Shown here: positions 47,628 to 60,500 of the stretch, in pieces
How positions within the stretch are numbered: position 1 is the first letter of the stretch
Layout of the letters: every line of letters begins with the position of its first letter
Origin: an uncultured virus (IMG/VR IMGVR_UViG_3300045836_000189)
Lineage: Duplodnaviria > Heunggongvirae > Uroviricota > Caudoviricetes
Virus record (IMG/VR): IMGVR_UViG_3300045836_000189
Span: 1 to 64,000 of that record
Reading direction: 5' to 3' (one strand)
Length of the DNA: 64,000 bases
The notes under the pieces: generated by a model
What the model was told of the DNA's origin: nothing
The model's input: the letters and a program-made list of their open reading frames with translations, nothing else
Databases searched by the model: none
Position numbers and translations under genes: made by a program

Positions 47628-48964
47628 TGAAGAAGAAAATTCACATAAAGAAATCCCATGAGGGCAGATTCACACAGTGGGCCAAAGAGCATCACATGAG
47701 TGTCTCTGAAGCTGCCCACCATGTGATGGCACACCAGGGAGATTATTCATCCCACGTGGTATCCATGGCCAATTTTGCCAAAAACTTTGGTAAGAAGAAA
47801 GCAGATGGCGGTCCCTATATAGATGATAAAGGACTTGTCAACGGAGCGGATCCACGCTATGTCACCCAGGCTGATACAGATGCCCTGGGACTGGGAGATC
47901 CGTCCAACCCACAAAATCAACAGGGGCAGCAACAGCCAGGCCCCTCTGCATTCAATGCAGCACTGAGGAAGTTTGCTATAGGTGCCGGCAACTTTGCTGG
48001 CGGTTACCTGAATCAGTTAGCCAATCCTTTTTCTATAGCCAATGGATTGAACTCTATGGACATGCTGGGTAATACCATCAACAACATCCAGCAGAACCAT
48101 TACATGAAAAATTACCTCAGGGATCACATGACCTCTGACCAGGTCTTTTCTGTAGTAGACGGGTCCCAGAGCGGAATGCGTGGTGATTACAATGTCACTG
48201 GTTCTGCCTATGGCATGTTCCGTCCCGACCAGCTGGGAGCCAAATCCCCCTACGGAATGTTTAACGGGAAGTATTATCCCAAACAGGAAAAGGGCGGAGA
48301 GCTTCCAAAAGCAGCGGCAGGATATGTGGCAGACGAGCTTAGCTATACACCCAGCTTCATGGGCAATACGTCCACCACTGCGCCTGTGAATCCGGAGATC
48401 CCCGGAATGCATCTCCCCGCTTCTCCCATGACCTATCCAGGATTTAACAGCAATCCGAATGTCAGCGTCAATGAAAGGACCAAGGAAGCCTATAACTACT
48501 ACGTAAAAGACAAGGGTCTTCCTTCCCACATTGCTGCAGGCATCATTGGAAACCTTTACCAGGAATCCGGGCTGAAGCCTACTGCCATCCAGCAAGGTGG
48601 TGCAGGCCGTGGTCTTGCACAGTGGGACGTGAACGGACGCTGGCAGGGATTTCTTAACTGGGCCAAAGAGAACAACCGGGATCCTTATGATACCAAGTCT
48701 CAACTGGATTATGTGCTGGTGGAACCTGGTGAAGGCACCAAGGCACTTGACCGTTTAAAAAATACTTCCACTGCAGAGCAGGCTGCCTATGTTTTTGGTA
48801 AATTATATGAGAGGCCCAATGAGAAAGCTGCCAACTGGAGCAACCGCACATCCATTGCTGCAAAACTGGCCTCAGGCACCTACGAGCAAGGTGGTGAATA
48901 TGAAATGACCGATGATGAGCTGCAGCAGTTCCTTAAATCCGGTGGTGAAGTAGAGTTTTTATAA
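47627..48964 (+). CDS. virion ejection protein with phage tail lysozyme domain
   Basis: AAGIIGNLYQESG..GRGLAQW..R..QLDY..YERP (Phage_lysozyme2-type). Confidence 0.8.
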   Translation: MKKKIHIKKSHEGRFTQWAKEHHMSVSEAAHHVMAHQGDYSSHVVSMANFAKNFGKKKADGGPYIDDKGLVNGADPRYVTQADTDALGLGDPSNPQNQQGQQQPGPSAFNAALRKFAIGAGNFAGGYLNQLANPFSIANGLNSMDMLGNTINNIQQNHYMKNYLRDHMTSDQVFSVVDGSQSGMRGDYNVTGSAYGMFRPDQLGAKSPYGMFNGKYYPKQEKGGELPKAAAGYVADELSYTPSFMGNTSTTAPVNPEIPGMHLPASPMTYPGFNSNPNVSVNERTKEAYNYYVKDKGLPSHIAAGIIGNLYQESGLKPTAIQQGGAGRGLAQWDVNGRWQGFLNWAKENNRDPYDTKSQLDYVLVEPGEGTKALDRLKNTSTAEQAAYVFGKLYERPNEKAANWSNRTSIAAKLASGTYEQGGEYEMTDDELQQFLKSGGEVEFL

Positions 48965-48982
48965 AATCAACATAGTACCCTA

Positions 48983-51430
48983 ATGACACGAAAAGTAAAG
49001 ATAAAGAGAGTGCCTTCTATGGCAGAAGGTGGTAAGGTAGCTCAGAAGAACTACAGTGCCACTGATGATCCCAATGTATACCTTGGAAAAAACGGAGTGA
49101 AGATAACACGCCAGGAGTTTAACAATGCCAATAAAAATGGCTTTGCCTGGAATAGCTTTGAGGATTATGCTGATTACGTTGGTGGATGGGCCCATAATGG
49201 AAGTGATTTTAATATCTCTCCTTATTACAGGACCTATGGTGGCAATAACATCAGCGGAGCTGACATTGCCCTACTCCATGCACAGAATGATCCAGCTATT
49301 AACCAGATCCTGCAAAGAAATATTGCCCGGCCGGGTGAAGTACCTATGTATTCCCAGGATGACTCAGATGCAATCAATAAACTCATTGCTCGTAATAAAC
49401 AGGCTAATCCACAACAGTACCTGGCCTACAAAGCCTTTGGCGGGCAACTGGGTTTTGGGCTGGATCTGGGCATCTCCAAAAGCATCTTTGGCACAGGTGA
49501 TGACCAAGACATCAATATCCGCAAGACCCTTGCTCCCGTGGATCGTAAAATAGCCAACGTGGAGGCAGAGAAAGGAGAAACCGTTGTAGGTGACTTTGAC
49601 AAGGACGGACAGAACGAGCACTTCACCATTGGAGGCAACAGGCACTCCCAGGGAGGCACGCCACTGAACCTGCCTGATGGCTCCTTCATCTTTTCAGATA
49701 CCAAGAAGATGCAGATGGGCGGCCAGGAGCTTACAGCCTTTGGCAAGTCTGCTGACAGCAATAAGAAATATACTCCTGCTCAACTGGCCAAACAGTATGA
49801 TGTAAACAAATACAAAGCTATCCTGGATGATAAGAATGCGGACCCTATGGAGAAACGCACAGCCCAGATGATGATGGATAACTACCAGAACAAGCTGTCA
49901 CAACTGGCCCTCGTGCAGGAAGCTAAAAAAGGATTTCCTCAGGGCATTCCGGAGATGGCACAGACCTACCTGGATAGAATCAACCAGGGAACACAGCCTA
50001 CTATTGGAGGTACTATAGACCAGGTGGCACCACAAAGCCAGTTTGCCTTTGGCGGACAGCTTCCCCGTTTTGATGGCGGGGGTGATACTCCTGATCCTAT
50101 TGACCCTTACCAGGGTGGTAAAACCCCTGAAGGCCGGTATACACCTACCAAGAAAGATAACAAGTACAACCGTGGAAATGACTACCTGGATAACTGGGAG
50201 AGTGTGATTCCTGGCATCAGCAATATGAGCAATGCCGCTGCCCAGCAAGCCATCTATGATCACATGCTTCGTCACAACCCTGAAGTAGTGAAGAAGATGT
50301 GGATGGATTATGGTTTAAACAGGAAAGGTTTACAGAATAAAAGTTTAGCAGCTCTTACCAACAATGGTAAATTTGACGAGAGTACCCTGACCCCAGATAA
50401 CATGGCCAAGCTAAAAACGGCCTATGCGGATGGGATGTTTGGCGTGCGTCAGATGGATCCGGTATTCAACCGTCCAGGACCCCTGGAGATTCCACAGCGT
50501 CAGACAGGTCCTATTATCCCACAGACGCTCACTCCACAGGAGTTGCATGTCACCCCACTTAATCCTATGGCCCATCCAGGTGATTTCAATCCTTATCGCC
50601 AGAACACGCCCTATGATTACATGACTCCGGATAAATGGACCGTGATGCAGGGGATTAACAACAGGGCAGCTCTTAAGAAGTATCTTCCATGGGAAGCACC
50701 TGTGGCTGCCGTAACTCCTACTCCAACCTTCTATGATCCGAACAGGGAGCTGGCAAGCAACGCGGAGCAGATGAATACACAGATGATGTATAACAACCAG
50801 TTCTCCGGACCTCAGTCTATTGCCGCCCGTAACTCACAGGTAGCAGGACAGGCTGCCCAGAATGCTGCTAACATCATGAGCCGTTATGACTCCCAGAACG
50901 TGCAGACCTCAAACCAGTTTGCAGGCATTGATGCGGACATCATGAACCGCCTCCAGGAAGCCAAAACAAGGGGCATAGAGAACCTTTACACAGGTAACGT
51001 GATTGCCAACCAGCAGTATGATAACAGCAAGATGAAGCTGGATAATGACCTGCTCCGTGCCCAGGAGAATGCCTGGAACAACCGCACCATGCTGGGTATG
51101 ATCAATGATACCAATCCGTATTACTTCACAGATCCCGTTACAGGTCGTATTGTCTTCAAAGGTGGTAAGGACTACAATGGAACCTCACAGGGAGCAACCC
51201 AGCAGAAGACCTACCAGGATTTCTACAATGAAGGTATTGCCCAGGGCATGGATGATCAGTATGCCAAGAAACATGCTTATGAAATGACCAAGGGTCAGCG
51301 TGTAACCTATACTGACCGTAACATGGATGGCATCCCTGACTCTGCCCGCTACGTTGCCCAGTACATGGGTATGATGGGACGCATGGGTATGATGGGTGGA
51401 AATGGCTACGGATCTCCTTACGGATACTGA
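48983..51430 (+). CDS. virion cargo/ejection protein
   Basis: EAEKGETV..GNRHSQGGTPL..IFSD motif; Q/N-rich C-terminus. Confidence 0.65.
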   Translation: MTRKVKIKRVPSMAEGGKVAQKNYSATDDPNVYLGKNGVKITRQEFNNANKNGFAWNSFEDYADYVGGWAHNGSDFNISPYYRTYGGNNISGADIALLHAQNDPAINQILQRNIARPGEVPMYSQDDSDAINKLIARNKQANPQQYLAYKAFGGQLGFGLDLGISKSIFGTGDDQDINIRKTLAPVDRKIANVEAEKGETVVGDFDKDGQNEHFTIGGNRHSQGGTPLNLPDGSFIFSDTKKMQMGGQELTAFGKSADSNKKYTPAQLAKQYDVNKYKAILDDKNADPMEKRTAQMMMDNYQNKLSQLALVQEAKKGFPQGIPEMAQTYLDRINQGTQPTIGGTIDQVAPQSQFAFGGQLPRFDGGGDTPDPIDPYQGGKTPEGRYTPTKKDNKYNRGNDYLDNWESVIPGISNMSNAAAQQAIYDHMLRHNPEVVKKMWMDYGLNRKGLQNKSLAALTNNGKFDESTLTPDNMAKLKTAYADGMFGVRQMDPVFNRPGPLEIPQRQTGPIIPQTLTPQELHVTPLNPMAHPGDFNPYRQNTPYDYMTPDKWTVMQGINNRAALKKYLPWEAPVAAVTPTPTFYDPNRELASNAEQMNTQMMYNNQFSGPQSIAARNSQVAGQAAQNAANIMSRYDSQNVQTSNQFAGIDADIMNRLQEAKTRGIENLYTGNVIANQQYDNSKMKLDNDLLRAQENAWNNRTMLGMINDTNPYYFTDPVTGRIVFKGGKDYNGTSQGATQQKTYQDFYNEGIAQGMDDQYAKKHAYEMTKGQRVTYTDRNMDGIPDSARYVAQYMGMMGRMGMMGGNGYGSPYGY

Positions 51431-51490
51431 TAAACCTCAAAGGTTTATTCCTAAACTTATAAAATTTTCTTATATTATTAGTGTACCCAT

Positions 51491-54400
51491 ATGGCCACTT
51501 ATCTTCCACAAGTAACAGATCAGATTCCTGATCTACCTTTATACCAACCCAACTTTGGCTTCTTCCAGCAGATGATGAACCGGAAGACCCAGATGTATGA
51601 ACAAGGGTACTCCCAGGTTAAATCTGCCTATGATTCTATCCTGAATGCTCCACTTTCCAATAACCAGAACATACAAGCCCGTGACCAGTATTTAAAGGAA
51701 GCGCAGGATAAGCTGAAAAACTTATCAAGTGTAGACCTTTCCATGCAGCAGAACGTGGATGCTGCCAATAACGTGTTTGCTCCTTTCTGGCAGGATGACA
51801 AGATGCTCAAGGATGCTACATTCACACGGTCCTACATGACCGAGATGCAGAAAGGCATGAGGCTTCGTGATTCCAAAAATAAAGAAGACAGGGATCAGTA
51901 TTCAGATACAGCCATGCAGTATTTGCAGAATGGCCTGGATAAGATCAAGAACCTGGACCGCAGTGATGACAACTCCTGGAACAACCTGGAGAAAAGAAGG
52001 TTCGTGCCCTTTATGAACGAGACTGCCTACTGGGATGATGAGATGAAGAAGGCTGACCTGAAAAGGGAATGGGATGAACAGTCCGGCCAATGGCTCATCA
52101 AACACACCAACGGGGAGCAGGCTATCGGAACCTTTGAGACCTGGGCACAGGCACACATGACCCCGCAGATGATGGACATGCATCGGGTAAAAGGGATAGT
52201 GGAAAAAGAACAGGCTATCAAACTCGTACAGCAACAGCATCCCGGCATTACTGATGACCAGGCTATGGATTACGTGGCCAGGGATGTCGTGCATGATATG
52301 AGGGGCGCTGCTACTTCTCAACTTAGCTCACTGAAGTCAAATCTGGAAGAGACCAACAACAAGATTGCAGCTTTCAAAAAGCTGGGGGATATACCCAAGG
52401 GCTCTACTCTGGAGCAGCGTCTCAATGACCTTGTTCAGTTCAAGGACCATCTGGAGAATGATCTGATCCCACAGGTACAGAAACGCTTTGACGGTATTGC
52501 CACAGACAATGCCAAAGATGCTGCTTCTACTATAGAGAATATCAAGTCCAGCCCGGATCACTATTTTCAGAGCCTTTCTGTTTCCCGCTCGGTACACAAC
52601 TGGGCCGTGGCAGCAGCAGGTAATGAAAAGGTAGAGCGTGTCATTAACCCGGTATGGAAAGAAGATGCGGACATAGCATACAAGAATGCTACACTGAATA
52701 TCCAGGAAAAACAACTGGCCCTGGAATACCGTAAAGAGCAGTGGAATGAAGACCATCCCACTAAAAACAGGGTTCTTGGATATGATGAGAGCGGTCAACC
52801 TATATATGGATCAGGTTCCGGATCAGGAACCGGTACAGGATCTTCTGGCGGGCCATATGGAGCGGAACTGGAACACGGAGCCTACCGTGGACAGGATACG
52901 CTGGATAATACCAGCCAGGGTTCTGCAGCAGATGTGTTCCGTGCCTCACAAACTAAAAAACTAAACAGCTCCAATGAGATGATCTTCTCCCTGGAGGGCC
53001 TTGGGCATACCCTGGTGGGACAGGCTTCCGGTTCTAAAGGAACCATTACAGATGGTGATGTGGTAACGGCTTTTTCTGCTATCAACAGATTTAACCGTCA
53101 GGGCGGAAAGCTTTATGGAAACGATGAAGAAACAGCTGCCCTTAATAAGATCACAGATGTACTCAAAGCAAAGACCGGTGCGGACATCAAGGGTCCGGAA
53201 GGAATGCGTAATGCATTGCTTGCCTATGCCAAGCAGTACTTTGCTGACAAGAGCTCCAACGGAGGTCTGGGCATGAGTGCAGAAGATTTGCAAAGTCACC
53301 TGATCTATCAGAATGCACTGCAGTCACGCCAGGAATTTTTAAACCTCCAGGATAAACACAATGAGCTGATGCAAAAAGCTCTTGCATCCACTAAAGATCC
53401 ACAGCTGCAAAAATTAATTGTGACCCGTCCTGACGGAACCCGTTCCCTGGTGGATGGATCTGATATAGGTAATCACTTTAAGGATCTGGTGATCACAGAT
53501 GCCCACGGCAAAAGAATCAGTGTGTCTGCAGAAGATATGGGTAATGCATTCCTTCAGAATAAGCTCTCTGCAGTTACACATGAGACAGCGGATCCCTATG
53601 GTGGAACTCATACTTATGGCTGGAGCATCCGTGTTGGAAACAGGAATATAGATGTGGATCCATCCACTTACTACAGGATGAATGAGAAATTATCATCTGT
53701 TGAAAAAATCTATGGGAATCCAAGCAAATTTTCTGATACTTTTAGAAATCTTGCTGAATCAACCGTGCCTAACATACAGGATTACCAGAACAAAACCGGT
53801 AAAGCCGGATCTATCATAGACTATGAGATCGGGGAAAAAGGTGGACGTGGTAACCGTCTCGTCCAGGAAGCTGCCCGTCCGGGTAATATGGAGACCATCA
53901 TGGATGGCGGACAGCCCGCATCAAGTGATGTGATAGATGCCGTTCAGAAACTCAGCAAACTAGGAGATAAGGACCTGCATAAGTATGTATCCTCTGTTAC
54001 CCAGCACACCGGAAGAAACACCCTGGAAGTAACCTTTGCTCCTGTAAAGAGTACAGACAAGACTGAAGTGGGGGAAAATGGTTTTGATTTGAACAAACTG
54101 GCCGGTAAGACCATAGAGATCAAACTAAGCCCTGATGCCAAAGGCCCTACTATCTCCGGACTCCCATCCAACTCAGGTGAATATATCTGGGGAAGTATCT
54201 TAAAGGGAAAGCAGATCAAGTCTGATCCACTCTTAGAAGCAGCAGGTTACTCGTATAGTATTGTTCCCAATGATACCAGCAATCCTACTTACGCCTACGT
54301 GACTATCAATCACAAGATGCTGGATGCGAAGACTGGAAGGTATAATGATGCCCCTGAGATCCGTGAACGGATCAACTTCTTCGGGCCGGATGCCAAGAAC

Positions 54401-54562
54401 CCAGATGAATTAATGGATGAAATCCACAGTTTATTCTCCCGCTCTGTGATGAACAACCAGCTCAGCCAGCAGCAGTTCATGAACAACAACCAAAGCCAGG
54501 GTAACATGACCAATGCCCAGGAGATCATAGATAACTACCAAAAGACCAAATTACTAAGATAA
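51491..54562 (+). CDS. virion cargo/ejection protein
   Basis: 1023-aa helical protein immediately before the giant ORF. Confidence 0.6.
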   Translation: MATYLPQVTDQIPDLPLYQPNFGFFQQMMNRKTQMYEQGYSQVKSAYDSILNAPLSNNQNIQARDQYLKEAQDKLKNLSSVDLSMQQNVDAANNVFAPFWQDDKMLKDATFTRSYMTEMQKGMRLRDSKNKEDRDQYSDTAMQYLQNGLDKIKNLDRSDDNSWNNLEKRRFVPFMNETAYWDDEMKKADLKREWDEQSGQWLIKHTNGEQAIGTFETWAQAHMTPQMMDMHRVKGIVEKEQAIKLVQQQHPGITDDQAMDYVARDVVHDMRGAATSQLSSLKSNLEETNNKIAAFKKLGDIPKGSTLEQRLNDLVQFKDHLENDLIPQVQKRFDGIATDNAKDAASTIENIKSSPDHYFQSLSVSRSVHNWAVAAAGNEKVERVINPVWKEDADIAYKNATLNIQEKQLALEYRKEQWNEDHPTKNRVLGYDESGQPIYGSGSGSGTGTGSSGGPYGAELEHGAYRGQDTLDNTSQGSAADVFRASQTKKLNSSNEMIFSLEGLGHTLVGQASGSKGTITDGDVVTAFSAINRFNRQGGKLYGNDEETAALNKITDVLKAKTGADIKGPEGMRNALLAYAKQYFADKSSNGGLGMSAEDLQSHLIYQNALQSRQEFLNLQDKHNELMQKALASTKDPQLQKLIVTRPDGTRSLVDGSDIGNHFKDLVITDAHGKRISVSAEDMGNAFLQNKLSAVTHETADPYGGTHTYGWSIRVGNRNIDVDPSTYYRMNEKLSSVEKIYGNPSKFSDTFRNLAESTVPNIQDYQNKTGKAGSIIDYEIGEKGGRGNRLVQEAARPGNMETIMDGGQPASSDVIDAVQKLSKLGDKDLHKYVSSVTQHTGRNTLEVTFAPVKSTDKTEVGENGFDLNKLAGKTIEIKLSPDAKGPTISGLPSNSGEYIWGSILKGKQIKSDPLLEAAGYSYSIVPNDTSNPTYAYVTINHKMLDAKTGRYNDAPEIRERINFFGPDAKNPDELMDEIHSLFSRSVMNNQLSQQQFMNNNQSQGNMTNAQEIIDNYQKTKLLR

Positions 54563-54568
54563 ACCCTC

Positions 54569-57500
54569 ATGCAGTTTAACGCTGGATACATACCCGATGA
54601 AGTAAAACCCAATTTCATCACTCCGGATAAGACCATCCTGGATTTTGTCAATCCCTTCCAGGATGCACAGAATTTCAACCCACAGATCCAGTCAGGTGGT
54701 GGTGATCCACTTGCCAGTGCGTTCAGCAACTTTGCCCGCAAAGGAATGAGTGAGTCCACCATGGCTGCTCCTACCTTCTATGACTGGAAAGGGTCTAATG
54801 CTGACCGTTATGTGAACACGGATTACTACAGGCAGGAAGGCTTTGATCCCTTCGTGGATAACGAATCCAAATACGGATACCGTCAGACCTGGGGTAACAT
54901 GATTGGCAATGCCTTTGCCGGTGCTGGTAAGCTGGCCTGGCAGACCTTTAAGTCCGGCTGGGAAGGCTGGGCGGATATGGCCAATGCCCTGTTCTCCTGG
55001 GATTCATCAAAACTGGCTGGCTCTCCGGAAGACCTGAAGGAGATGTATGATACCCAGAACGAGATCATGAACAAGTATGCTATCTATTCCACACCGGAAT
55101 CACAGAACAGCATATTCAATAAACAGTTCTTCGGGAACATGCTGCAGCAGTCCGGCTTTGCCGTGGGTGCTACTGCACAGTTCTTAAGTGAGGAACTGCT
55201 CACCATGGGTGCCAGCTCTGCTCTTTCTGCAGGCAAGTTTGCCGTGGAGGGAGCTGCATTCACCAACCGTGCCATCAAGTTCCAGGAGATGCTCCGTGAC
55301 TTTACCAAGCTGGGTGAGATCTGGAAAGAAAACCGAGTGGTGGATAACCTGCTTAGTGGTGCCAAACGACTGATCCCGCTTTCTGAAACAGGTGAGGATA
55401 TTGGTAAAGCCTGGAAAGCCCTTGACCTGCGTCAGGCTTGGAAAGAGGGAAGAACCGCTGATGTGCTGAAAGGTACTGCCCAACTGGGATACATTGGTGC
55501 CGGTGGTTTAAAGAGAGCACTCTCTGAGGCCAACATGTCCATGAGTGAGGCACGCATGGAAGCTGCCGGTACTTATGGTGATCTAAACAAGAGACTTACA
55601 GATGAATATATAGCCCAGAACGGGCAGGCTCCCGTAGGAGCAGATGCAGATAAGATCCAGAAAATGTCTTACAAGGCAGGACTTGAAAACTTCTGGGTGA
55701 ACTCTGGAGTACTGATGGCCATGAACCGCATACAGTTTGACAACCTGTTCTCCAAGTTCGGCAGTGAGCGTAAGCTCTTAAACGAAATGGGGGACATGGC
55801 GGAACATACGTTCTCTGTGACCCGTAACGTAGCTGGCCAGGAAACCACCAGGGTTTTTGAAAAAGGTATGTTTGGTGCTGCCGGTAAGTTCTCAGACATT
55901 GCTGCTACGTTTGGAAGACGTGCTGCAGCCTGGGAAGCTACCAAATCCGCTGCCAAAGGGATCTTCAAGTGGGAGACTTCCGAAGGTGTGCAGGAGATCC
56001 TGCAGGATTTATCCAACAACACCCTCCAGGATTATTACTATGACCTGTATCATGGTGCCAAAGGATATTCTTATGGAAGGTCCCTGGACCGTGCAGTGAA
56101 ACAAGAAGAGTCCATATCCGGAGCACAGACCTTCCTGATGGGTGCCCTGACTGGACGCTTACTGTCTCCATTTACCTATGGTATGGAGAAGGGTGTGGAG
56201 CGTGTACGTACCACTTCAGAACAAAGAAACAAAATAGACCTGGAGCGTAAAGACGTGATCAGCACCCTGAACGCTTTCTACCAGGATCCAAATAACTTCT
56301 TCAAGAACGCCATTGCCAACTTCAAGGGCCAGGAAGGTGCTGCCTTCAACATGCAGGAAGCTGTGAAGAACCGTGACCAGTATACCTGGCAGAACTACAA
56401 GGACTCTGCCCTGGCATCCCTGATTTCTTCCGCCAAGAAGACTGGTATGATTGATTCGGTGCTGGATACGATCCGTGCTTATGGTGACCATATTCAGGGA
56501 GACCAGTTAAAAGAAGCTTATGGTATTGATCCTACAGAAGAAAACATCAAGGATACCAAGGCTTACTTCAATAGCGTTGCTGACCGTGCAGGTGAGTACA
56601 GTAAGAACTTTGATATTTTAAAAGACAAATATGGTGACCTGATCAACCCTGACCTGTTTAAAGAAGGGTCAGCAGGTCATATCCAGGCTTTGTTTGCCAA
56701 GAGAGCACTGGACGATGCTATTGAGATACTGGCCACTAACCGGTTCAAATCTGACCGGGCCATGGACAGGGTAAAATCTATCTACTCAGAGCTGCAGCAG
56801 AACAAGAACATTGGTCAGTCAGCTGCTTCGGCTGTACATACTTTAGCCTCTGAGGAAGAAGTGACCAAGCAGATGGCCCTGCTCAAAGAAGAGCTGAAGG
56901 GATTAAATGACAATCCTACCAAGAACGCGGACATCCATCAGCAGATCGAGTACAAACAGGCACAGCTGGAAGCCCTTACCAACTGGAAGGATAATTATTC
57001 AGCGTGGGATAACCAGCACGTTACGGAGAAGATCAAGAACGAAGCAGCCAAGGATGCATGGCAGAAATACGTTACTGCCAAAAACCAGGAGGCTGGTCTT
57101 TCCACCGTGATCTCCAACGATGACATCAATGACTCTTTTGAGCACCTGGCGCACTACACCCAGTTAAACCAGGATCATAAGGAATACATTGATGCCTATA
57201 ACACGCTGGCCAATCCCAAGCGGTTTGTGATGCTTCATGGAAAGATGATGGATGCCATGAACCGTGTACGTGAACTGTTCCGTACAGAACATGAGCAGGA
57301 GCTGGAGCAAACAGGTGCGGCCCCCAAGAATTCCTTTACCATGACCGGTACGGATGATGAGGGTAAAGAATACTCCATTGACATCAATGAGGGTGACCAC
57401 TATGTAACAGATGCCAACGAGGATAAAGTCATCTTCAAGGGCAAGGTAGCCAAGACCTTCAACAATAACCTGATCAAGATCCTGAAGATTGATGGTGACA

Positions 57501-60500
57501 ACGTGACCATTCAGGTGAACAATGGTAAGACCTATGAGGTATCCAAGGACCGCCTGGCCAAGGCAGGAAAGCTGTGGAACCTGAAAGATATGAATGCAGA
57601 TGCCCGGATCTACTTCAAGAACCGGGATATGGTGCTTCCGATCAATGTCAACAGCAAGACCGGTAAGCCACATCTAATTAATGGTGAATATGCCAAAAAA
57701 GACTACTCCAAAGGAGGAGTAAATGCCAATGCACGTCTTGTACTGGTTAAAGAGAATGGGGAACAGGTATTGAAGCTTCAGTACAAGAACCCTGTGACAG
57801 GGAAGATCGAGACCATGAACTATAACAAAGAGTACTTACTCAAGTATGGTGATGGCAAGATCAACCTGCGTACCATGCCTTCTGAAGAACAGGAGCAGCA
57901 ACGCAAGAACCAGGAGCGTCTGAAAAATAACTATGATACCCAGCTAAAGATCTTCCAGGACCGTGTAGCAGAGGCCAATACTCAGATAGAGCAGGCTAAG
58001 GTTAACCGCCAGCAGAATGAAGAGACATTCCAGAGGTTGCGTCAGCAGTTAATGGATGACCGTACAGAGCTGGAGCTGGTAAAAGAAGAGCTGGAGAAAT
58101 ATGAAGGCAAGAAAGGCCGTAAGAGTAATCTTAGGAAATCACTGGAAGAAAACCGTGACCGTCTTGTTAAATCCATCACAGAAGCTCAGGATCATATAGA
58201 CAAAGTAAAGCAGGAAAGAGAAAACCTGGATAATACGATCAAGGCCCTTAAGTCTGCCCAGGATCTCTATGAGATGGCTGCGCTGGAACTGATGGATACA
58301 GGTGCTCCGTTTGACCGTAACGGTGGGGATAAGCTCTCTTCCAATGCACAGGATCAGCATGATCAGTTAAGTGAAAACCAGATGACGGCCCGTTTCAACA
58401 AGGAGCAGGTAGACCAGATGGTAGAAGACACACAAAATGAGATCAACAACCTGGATCACAAGATCAACTCTTTGGAGGGTTATGTAAAAGACCTTAAGAA
58501 TATCCTGCGGGGGATCACTGACATCAATGACTTCCTGGACTTTATGGATATGCCGGAAGGTGGTGTCCACCGTAAGACTATGCGGGATTACCTGCGTAAG
58601 AAGATAGAGGAAGCCCCTGATGATGCTTCTAAGGAACGGTATCAGAAAATGATGAATCAGTTCCTGAAGAACCAGAGTACCCATGCCAATGACATCATCT
58701 TTTTGCTATCATCCATGAGGGATAGCCTGCGTGAGCTGGATACTCTTGGAAAACAAATGGACGAGCAGCAGCAAAAGATGGAGCGTCTGAAAACTGCCCA
58801 GCAGCAGAAAGCCGAACTCTCCTCTCTGGCTGATAGGATTGATTTCCTGAATCAGGTACAGGATGTACTCACTGCTGATAAGCATAAAGCCAAACCTGTT
58901 CTTCCTGTAAAAGGAACCCCTGAACACCAGGAGGGTCTGGTATCGGATGTAGAGATTGAATCAGATCCGGAGAGTCAGACCTATAAAGACAAGAAGCCAA
59001 GGTTTGAGGAAGTAGGTTTTAACAAGACCTTTGGCAGGCACTATATTGACCAGGCAGATACAGAAGTAAACACTGCTGATGGCTCTGACCGTTTCTTTGA
59101 TTTCACTGGCCGTCAAAATGTGATGAACCAGGGTTATGAGCTTATGGCCGTTACCGAACACAATGATGAATTTGGTATCCGTCAGACAGAGCATAATCCA
59201 AATGACATCAAGCTGGTAGTGGTGAAAAAGGATGAAAAAGGCAATGTTAGCTATATCGGTAAGGACGGTAAAGTACTGGAGAATCCATCCAAGGACAATA
59301 TCGTGTACCGCTCCATGGCTGACATTAACAGCTGGACAGTAGAGCGTGTCCGTAAAGATTACACCGTACATCCGGATACTACAGATGCCCAGATCCAACA
59401 AAAGATTGATGAGCATAAGGCTTACCAGAAGAATCTTGTTGAACGTTCAAAAGAAGGACCTGTTTATTTAAAAGCTGTAAGCACCTCTCCTGGCATTGAC
59501 CGGGTAGAAAGAACCCATGAAGGAACACTGGCTAAAGCAGAGGCAGAGGGCCGGGTAATAGAAGATGATCCTGCATGGGATGATCTTCGTTCAGCCCATA
59601 ATCCTGAAGCTAATATAGCCTTAGTGGTTGCAACAGGTGACGGGCAGTTATCTAACGGATCCCAGGCACCTGGTGTGCTGGCAGGCCGTGTAGTAACCCA
59701 GGAATATACACATGATGGTAGTGGAAACAAACGCTGGGGGGATAAGATCTCCCGCGTGTTTAACCGTGCCCTTAATATTGATGAGAAGAAAAAAGTAGTA
59801 GAGGCCCTTGTTCGTCTGAGCCAGTTATTCGGAAGGAAGGATCACAAAGACCCTGCCCTGAGGCTTACCGCTGCAGAAGAAGCAGAGTATGATCTGATCT
59901 TTAGTTATCTGAAGAATGTCCTGCCATGGGGCGGATGGAAGAACGGAGGCAATTCACAGCGTAGAAAACCTGGATCCCTGTTCCGTATTGACAACGGTCT
60001 TAAACGTGGGGACAACTTCTCTATTCCTTTTGATGAGGAGAACATCCGTAAAAACCAGGAAGAGCTGCTTAAGGATGTGTTCCATAATGTAAACAACCGT
60101 ACCCTTCAGAAAAATGAAGGATTCCGTGACATAGCATTCAAAGATGGAAGAGTTATTCCAGGAAGACAGTTTGATACCTACCAGGAATACCTGTTGGCTA
60201 AAAGAGAGAACGGGGAACTTCCTCCGGTTTACACCTCTCTTCCAAGGGCTGACTCAGCTACCCCACAGAGAACCAGTGCCTATCTGAACTGGGTGGATCC
60301 TCATGTTCAGTTTGAGCGTGCGGAGTCCCCTTATTCACAACCTCAGAAAAGAGAAGCGGATCTGCAGAATCCTCCGGCAACACCAGCTCCGGTAGCTACA
60401 CCTGCAGCTGTTCAGCAGCAGCCTGCTTCCACTTCACTTCCAGCTCCTGTACATACCCAGCAGATCAGCTATAAAGGGAACCTACAAGGTATCCCAACGA

